DNA from: Tetramitus jugosus | Lineage: Eukaryota > Protista > Heterolobosea | Direction of reading: 5' to 3' | DNA: 30,592 nucleotides | Assembly: GCA_937625935.1 (NCBI GenBank) | Contig: CALMHQ010000003.1 | Coordinates: 1-30,592 of the forward strand | Shown: one piece after another, positions 22,972-30,592 of the stretch | How positions within the stretch are numbered: position 1 is the stretch's first letter | Layout: the number at the start of each line of letters is the position of its first letter | Position numbers and translations under genes: made by a program | The notes under the pieces: model-generated | Databases searched by the model: none | Seen by the model: the letters and a program-made list of their open reading frames with translations, nothing else | What the model was told of the DNA's origin: nothing

Positions 22972-23295
22972 CGCAGCTTTTTATCACAAAACAATGAATG
23001 ATCCCGTTAACTTTACGCAGCTTTTACCACAAAACAATGATGATCACGTTAACTTTATGCTGCTTTTTATCACAAAACAATGAATGATCCCGTTAACTTT
23101 ACGCAGCTTTTTATCACAACACTTTATCACAATGATTTGATCCCGTTAACTTTATGCTGCTTTTTATCACAAAACAATGATGATCACGTTAACTTTACGC
23201 AGCTTTTACCACAAAACAATGATGATCCCGTTAACTTTATGCTGCTTTTTACCACAAAACAATGAATGATCACGTTAACTTTATGCTGCTTTTGC
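22972..23295. repeat. ~43-bp minisatellite, 7 copies, each with a GTTAAC core
   Basis: GTTAAC at 23006, 23048, 23092, 23145, 23188, 23230 and 23274. Consensus is approximately CTTTTTATCACAAAACAATGA(A)TGATC(C/A)CGTTAACTTTA(C/T)GC(A/T)G. Confidence 0.92.
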
Positions 23296-23441
23296 ACAAT
23301 GTCCGCCCATATTTTCACACTACGTCAATTGCATGGCATCCAGGGAGGGTCAACGGTCGATTATGGAAGTGGGATTCTTCACTAAAATCGGATTTAACCG
23401 AGAACGCCTGAGCGCTCTCCCGTCCTGGTTCTATCACCCAC

Positions 23442-23562
23442 CTGTTCGGAACGCGAGTTGTTGGTGCGCTTGTACTGAAGCATGAGCCCCATAAGCACTA
23501 TTCCTACTACGTCACCAGGACGCAATAAGCTTCATATTAAGAATACTAGATTCTATACTACG
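23442..23562 (-). promoter_or_regulatory. Duplicate of the putative Pol I promoter (spacer-promoter-like), not followed by rRNA
   Basis: CTGTTCGGAACGCGAGTTG...GATTCTATACTAC is identical to the block starting at 17042. Homology stops abruptly at 23442/17042. Confidence 0.5.
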
Positions 23563-23925
23563 CGCCTCCTTTCTACCTAGCTCCTTTCGGCCTACCTTCT
23601 TACCTCCTTCTACCTCCTTTCGGCCTACTTTCTACCTAGCTCTAGGTACCTTCTAGGCACCTTCTACCTACTTTCGGCCTACTTTCGGCCTACTTTCTAC
23701 CTAGCTCCTTTCGGCCTACCTTCTTACCTCCTTCTACCTCCTTTCGGCCTACTTTCTACCTAGCTCTAGGTACCTTCTAGGCACCTTCTACCTACTTTCG
23801 GCCTACTTTCGGCCTACTTTCTACCTAGCTCCTTTCGGCCTACCTTCTTACCTCCTTCTACCTCCTTTACCTAGCTCCTTTCTACCTAGCTCTAGGTACC
23901 TTCCAGGTACCTTCTACCTACTTTT
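23563..23925. repeat. Pyrimidine-rich composite repeat with a 124-bp higher-order period
   Basis: TTCTACCTAGCTCCTTTCGGCCTACC at 23571, 23695 and 23819, built from CTTTCGGCCTA, CTACCTAG and CTAGGTACC sub-motifs. Confidence 0.88.
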
Positions 23926-23977
23926 GCACTGGCAAAAATTTTTTGAAAAGGGGATCCCCCCTATTTTGGCCAGAAAA

Positions 23978-26900
23978 GGGCCAAAAAAGACCGGACAAAA
24001 CCCACACCACACAAAAAACCGTATTTTGCGTGGGGGGCTGGGAGACGGTCCCAGTCACGGCTATATATATATATGTGCACATCCAGGGTGAAACTGGTTG
24101 CTATGACACCCTACATAATCTGGCCAAAAATCAAAAATCGAAAAATCCTGTGTCACTCTATGTTCACACATTTAGCTGCATCGGAGTTTCATCTGTACTT
24201 TTTTGGAATTTTTCGGAAAAAATCAAAAAATCACTATCTCCAATTGTAAATCGTCTACCGATGAAATATATTTCAACATAAAATTTTACGTTTTTGTATC
24301 ATCACTAGGGGTCGGAAAAACTCCCCTGAGGAGCAATCCTTTTTTTCTCAAAAACGGCATGTCGGATTAATAATCTATGTCCATAATACCTAGAAAATAT
24401 TAATTTTCTGTTCTAATTCACCATAAATATCATTTCTCCGATGCTTTTCCATGGACTTTTTTTTTTCGACAAGAAATCTGCCAGTCTAATTTGACTGACT
24501 CTTGGGCCACAGAGACAATATTATGAAGCTATGAAACAACACGAGAATTAGACCAAAGCAATGCACCGTTTAGAAAATAGGTGTTTTCGAAACAAATCAC
24601 ACGAATGTTCGTCGACAGACCAACTCACTCCAAATTTCACTCTCTAAATTTCACATTTTTTAGTTTCGTACAGTCAATTCGCTTGTGCTATTCCTCTCTT
24701 CACTATATTGCTTACAACTTCCATCTTTACTTTTTCTCTATTATGCTTCCTTTACATTTGTCGGAGTTCGGAGTATTAATAGGGGCATAGTCGAAGTTTT
24801 CCATTGAAATTGTATGCGTAATATATAAATATTTGATAGCTGTAGTTTTTCAGGGAAACTGTTTTATTATTCTTTCAGAGAGTTAATTTCTCCGACATTG
24901 AAACGGAGCATTTTAGAGAAAAAGTAAAGATGGAAGTTGTATAAGATATTAAGATCAAATCATCAGCACTAGCGGATTAATAATATTCAACTATGATGGT
25001 CATATTTAACTCCGACCGACGCCCAGAAAGTCATCCGACTCTGTCCATCACAGTTGAATTTGGTTACTCCGCTCACGCTAATCATTTGTCTATTATATTG
25101 CTTGCTACTCCCAACTCGCTTTCTCTCTACTATGCTTCCTTTAGAAGTGTCGGAGTTCGGAGTATTTATAGGAGTATTGTTACTGGTCTCCATTGAAACT
25201 TCATACATACAATATACTTATTTGATAGCTGTAGTTTTTCAGGGAAACTGTTTTATTACTATATTTGTGGCACTTTTTCTGTTGCCGATCACCACCCAAC
25301 CCTCCATCGCAACTTTTGTGCGCGAAATATTGAGTTTCAAAGTTTCAATCGGCTCTCGCTCTGTATATCTATTGCTGTTATAATGTTTGTGCTCGAGCAG
25401 ATCCCATATATGAAACACTTTATGTCACAATGTGGCTCACCCAATCCTACTCCAGTCGAGAGCCATTGTGACATAAAGTGTTTCATATATTCAATTCACT
25501 TGAGCACGAACCTCACAACTGTGATAGCTATGTAGAGCGAGAGCCGATTGATAATTCAAAACTCATTATATTGGATGCAAAAGTTGTTGGTTGGGGGGAG
25601 AGACACAACCATCTCGAAATGTTGCAAAATACGTTTTCAATTGGCTCGTGCTTACACATGATAATCACTATAGCTATGCAGAGCGCAAGTCAATTGAAAA
25701 TCTAAAACTCAATATATTGGATGCAAAAGTTGTTGGTTGGGGGGAGAGACACAACCATCTCGAAATGTTGCAAAATACGTTTTCAATTGGCTCGTGCTTA
25801 CACATGATAATCACTATAGCTATGCAGAGCGCAAGTCAATTGAAAATCTAAAACTCAATATATTGGATGCAAAAGTTGTTGGTTGGGGGGAGAGACACAA
25901 CCATCTCGAAATGTTGCAAAATACGTTTTCAATTGGCTCGTGCTTACACATGATAATCACTATAGCTATGCAGAGCGCAAGTCAATTGAAAATCTAAAAC
26001 TCAATATATTGGATGCAAAAGTTGTTGGTTGGGGGGAGAGACACAACCATCTCGAAATGTTGCAAAATACGTTTTCAATTGGCTCGTGCTTACACATGAT
26101 AATCACTATAGCTATGCAGAGCGCAAGTCAATTGAAAATCTAAAACTCAATATATTGGATGCAAAAGTTGTTGGTTGGGGGGAGAGACACAACCATCTCG
26201 AAATGTTGCAAAATACGTTTTCAATTGGCTCGTGCTTACACATGATAATCACTATAGCTATGCAGAGCGCAAGTCAATTGAAAATCTAAAACTCAATATA
26301 TTGGATGCAAAAGTTGTTGGTTGGGGGGAGAGACACAACCATCTCGAAATGTTGCAAAATACGTTTTCAATTGGCTCGTGCTTACACATGATAATCACTA
26401 TAGCTATGCAGAGCGCAAGTCAATTGAAAATCTAAAACTCAATATATTGGATGCAAAAGTTGTTGGTTGGGGGGAGAGACACAACCATCTCGAAATGTTG
26501 CAAAATACGTTTTCAATTGGCTCGTGCTTACACATGATAATCACTATAGCTATGCAGAGCGCAAGTCAATTGAAAATCTAAAACTCAATATATTGGATGC
26601 AAAAGTTGTTGGTTGGGGGGAGAGACACAACCATCTCGAAATGTTGCAAAATACGTTTTCAATTGGCTCGTGCTTACACATGATAATCACTATAGCTATG
26701 CAGAGCGCAAGTCAATTGAAAATCTAAAACTCAATATATTGGATGCAAAAGTTGTTGGTTGGGGGGAGAGACACAACCATCTCGAAATGTTGCAAAATAC
26801 GTTTTCAATTGGCTCGTGCTTACACATGATAATCACTATAGCTATGCAGAGCGCAAGTCAATTGAAAATCTAAAACTCAATATATTGGATGCAAAAGTTG

Positions 26901-29900
26901 TTGGTTGGGGGGAGAGACACAACCATCTCGAAATGTTGCAAAATACGTTTTCAATTGGCTCGTGCTTACACATGATAATCACTATAGCTATGCAGAGCGC
27001 AAGTCAATTGAAAATCTAAAACTCAATATATTGGATGCAAAAGTTGTTGGTTGGGGGGAGAGACACAACCATCTCGAAATGTTGCAAAATACGTTTTCAA
27101 TTGGCTCGTGCTTACACATGATAATCACTATAGCTATGCAGAGCGCAAGTCAATTGAAAATCTAAAACTCAATATATTGGATGCAAAAGTTGTTGGTTGG
27201 GGGGAGAGACACAACCATCTCGAAATGTTGCAAAATACGTTTTCAATTGGCTCGTGCTTACACATGATAATCACTATAGCTATGCAGAGCGCAAGTCAAT
27301 TGAAAATCTAAAACTCAATATATTGGATGCAAAAGTTGTTGGTTGGGGGGAGAGACACAACCATCTCGAAATGTTGCAAAATACGTTTTCAATTGGCTCG
27401 TGCTTACACATGATAATCACTATAGCTATGCAGAGCGCAAGTCAATTGAAAATCTAAAACTCAATATATTGGATGCAAAAGTTGTTGGTTGGGGGGAGAG
27501 ACACAACCATCTCGAAATGTTGCAAAATACGTTTTCAATTGGCTCGTGCTTACACATGATAATCACTATAGCTATGCAGAGCGCAAGTCAATTGAAAATC
27601 TAAAACTCAATATATTGGATGCAAAAGTTGTTGGTTGGGGGGAGAGACACAACCATCTCGAAATGTTGCAAAATACGTTTTCAATTGGCTCGTGCTTACA
27701 CATGATAATCACTATAGCTATGCAGAGCGCAAGTCAATTGAAAATCTAAAACTCAATATATTGGATGCAAAAGTTGTTGGTTGGGGGGAGAGACACAACC
27801 ATCTCGAAATGTTGCAAAATACGTTTTCAATTGGCTCGTGCTTACACATGATAATCACTATAGCTATGCAGAGCGCAAGTCAATTGAAAATCTAAAACTC
27901 AATATATTGGATGCAAAAGTTGTTGGTTGGGGGGAGAGACACAACCATCTCGAAATGTTGCAAAATACGTTTTCAATTGGCTCGTGCTTACACATGATAA
28001 TCACTATAGCTATGCAGAGCGCAAGTCAATTGAAAATCTAAAACTCAATATATTGGATGCAAAAGTTGTTGGTTGGGGGGAGAGACACAACCATCTCGAA
28101 ATGTTGCAAAATACGTTTTCAATTGGCTCGTGCTTACACATGATAATCACTATAGCTATGCAGAGCGCAAGTCAATTGAAAATCTAAAACTCAATATATT
28201 GGATGCAAAAGTTGTTGGTTGGGGGGAGAGACACAACCATCTCGAAATGTTGCAAAATACGTTTTCAATTGGCTCGTGCTTACACATGATAATCACTATA
28301 GCTATGCAGAGCGCAAGTCAATTGAAAATCTAAAACTCAATATATTGGATGCAAAAGTTGTTGGTTGGGGGGAGAGACACAACCATCTCGAAATGTTGCA
28401 AAATACGTTTTCAATTGGCTCGTGCTTACACATGATAATCACTATAGCTATGCAGAGCGCAAGTCAATTGAAAATCTAAAACTCAATATATTGGATGCAA
28501 AAGTTGTTGGTTGGGGGGAGAGACACAACCATCTCGAAATGTTGCAAAATACGTTTTCAATTGGCTCGTGCTTACACATGATAATCACTATAGCTATGCA
28601 GAGCGCAAGTCAATTGAAACTATGAAACTCAATATTTCGAGTGCAAAAGTTGTTAGTCGAGAGGTGGAGAGTGATGTAGTTAAAAGTCGTCTCACTATAA
28701 TGAGTTTTGAATTATCAATCGGCTCTCGCTCTACATAGCTATCACAGTTGTGAGGTTCGTGCTCAAGTGAATTGAATATATGAAACACTTTATGTCACAA
28801 TGGCTCTCGACTGGAGTAGGATTGGGTGAGCCACATTGTGACATAAAGTGTTTCATATATGGCATCTGCTCAAACACGAACCTCACAACAGCAATGGCTA
28901 TGTAGAGCGAGAGCCGATTGAAACTATGAAACTCAATATTTCGAGTGCAAAAGTTGTTAGTCGAGAGGTGGAGAGTGATGTAGTTAAAAGTCGTCTCACT
29001 ATAATGAGTTTTGAATTATCAATCGGCTCTCGCTCTACATAGCTATCACAGTTGTGAGGTTCGTGCTCAAGTGAATTGAATATATGAAACACTTTATGTC
29101 ACAATGGCTCTCGACTGGAGTAGGATTGGGTGAGCCACATTGTGACATAAAGTGTTTCATATATGGGATCTGCTCGAGCACAAACATTATAACAGCAATA
29201 GATATACAGAGCGAGAGCCGATTGAAACTTTGAAACTCAATATTTCGCGCACAAAAGTTGCGATGGAGGGTTGGGTGGTGATCGGCAACAGAAAAAGTGC
29301 CACAAATATAGTAATAAAACAGTTTCCCTGAAAAACTACAGCTATCAAATAAGTATATTGTATGTATGAAGTTTCAATGGAGACCAGTAACAATACTCCT
29401 ATAAATACTCCGAACTCCGACACTTCTAAAGGAAGCATAGTAGAGAGAAAGCGAGTTGGGAGTAGCAAGCAATATAATAGACAAATGATTAGCGTGAGCG
29501 GAGTAACCAAATTCAACTGTGATGGACAGAGTCGGATGACTTTCTGGGCGTCGGTCGGAGTTAAATATGACCATCATAGTTGAATATTATTAATCCGCTA
29601 GTGCTGATGATTTGATCTTAATATCTTATACAACTTCCATCTTTACTTTTTCTCTAAAATGCTCCGTTTCAATGTCGGAGAAATTAACTCTCTGAAAGAA
29701 TAATAAAACAGTTTCCCTGAAAAACTACAGCTATCAAATATTTATATATTACGCATACAATTTCAATGGAAAACTTCGACTATGCCCCTATTAATACTCC
29801 GAACTCCGACAAATGTAAAGGAAGCATAATAGAGAAAAAGTAAAGATGGAAGTTGTAAGCAATATAGTGAAGAGAGGAATAGCACAAGCGAATTGACTGT

Positions 29901-30592
29901 ACGAAACTAAAAAATGTGAAATTTAGAGAGTGAAATTTGGAGTGAGTTGGTCTGTCGACGAACATTCGTGTGATTTGTTTCGAAAACACCTATTTTCTAA
30001 ACGGTGCATTGCTTTGGTCTAATTCTCGTGTTGTTTCATAGCTTCATAATATTGTCTCTGTGGCCCAAGAGTCAGTCAAATTAGACTGGCAGATTTCTTG
30101 TCGAAAAAAAAAAGTCCATGGAAAAGCATCGGAGAAATGATATTTATGGTGAATTAGAACAGAAAATTAATATTTTCTAGGTATTATGGACATAGATTAT
30201 TAATCCGACATGCCGTTTTTGAGAAAAAAAGGATTGCTCCTCAGGGGAGTTTTTCCGACCCCTAGTGATGATACAAAAACGTAAAATTTTATGTTGAAAT
30301 ATATTTCATCGGTAGACGATTTACAATTGGAGATAGTGATTTTTTGATTTTTTCCGAAAAATTCCAAAAAAGTACAGATGAAACTCCGATGCAGCTAAAT
30401 GTGTGAACATAGAGTGACACAGGATTTTTCGATTTTTGATTTTTGGCCAGATTATGTAGGGTGTCATAGCAACCAGTTTCACCCTGGATGTGCACATATA
30501 TATATATAGCCGTGACTGGGACCGTCTCCCAGCCCCCCACGCAAAATACGGTTTTTTGTGTGGTGTGGGTTTTGTCCGGTCTTTTTTGGCCC
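23978..30592. repeat. Palindromic junction J3 (head-to-head): 23978-~25565 is inverted at ~29005-30592, flanking the satellite array and one extra 304-bp hairpin unit
   Basis: The window end is the reverse complement of GGGCCAAAAAAGACCGGACAAAACCCACACC at 23978. Mirrored ORFs 24581..24790+/29780..29989- give an axis at ~27285. Confidence 0.93.
25568..28620 (+). repeat. 146-bp satellite array, 21 essentially identical copies
   Basis: ORF-track starts recur every 146 bp from 25591 to 28511. No sequence variants between internal units were seen by eye. Confidence 0.98.

Noticed and set aside
25568-28620. CRISPR array interpretation of the tandem arrays (also 22972-23295)
   Set aside because: The units are contiguous repeats without unique spacers, there are no cas genes, and the context is eukaryotic.
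25591-28738. Repeated 86-aa ORF 'MGGETQPSRN...' as a tandem gene family
   Set aside because: It is a by-product of the 146-bp period; the ORFs overlap one another and start at TTG.
1006-30540. All ORFs in the supplied track
   Set aside because: They are short (<=133 aa), many start at GTG/TTG, and they overlap rRNA genes or repeats. Mirrored copies are frameshifted (5774..6175 vs 7587..7958) and no recognisable domain is present.

Overview
This is a eukaryotic nuclear rDNA locus, most likely from a heterolobosean amoeba (Discoba; vahlkampfiid/acrasid-like, probably not Naegleria), with no credible protein-coding gene. The window opens with the 3' end of an LSU rRNA on + (1-~1340). A complete, apparently intron-less 18S-ITS1-5.8S-ITS2-LSU unit lies on - (16883 to ~10513). 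The two units are joined tail-to-tail in a near-perfect palindrome centred at ~6867; each arm carries a 625-bp higher-order repeat (5.9 vs 2.9 copies). The spacer DNA is organised around three 'hairpin junctions' (J1 ~6867, J2 ~19245, J3 ~27285). All three share a ~300-bp inverted core with a perfect 27-bp-arm hairpin but join different arms: tail-tail, head to degenerate tail, and head-head. A 146-bp satellite sits at the junction centres in 1, 0 and 21 copies. Between J2 and J3 is a ~6-kb 'pseudo-unit' with a duplicated putative Pol I promoter and relic downstream repeats, but ~2.1 kb of non-ribosomal, repeat-rich sequence in place of the rRNA genes. The architecture suggests an invertible or isomerising rDNA element, possibly extrachromosomal. 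A long-read or amplification chimera cannot be excluded from sequence alone. Coordinates were counted by hand and may be a few bases off.
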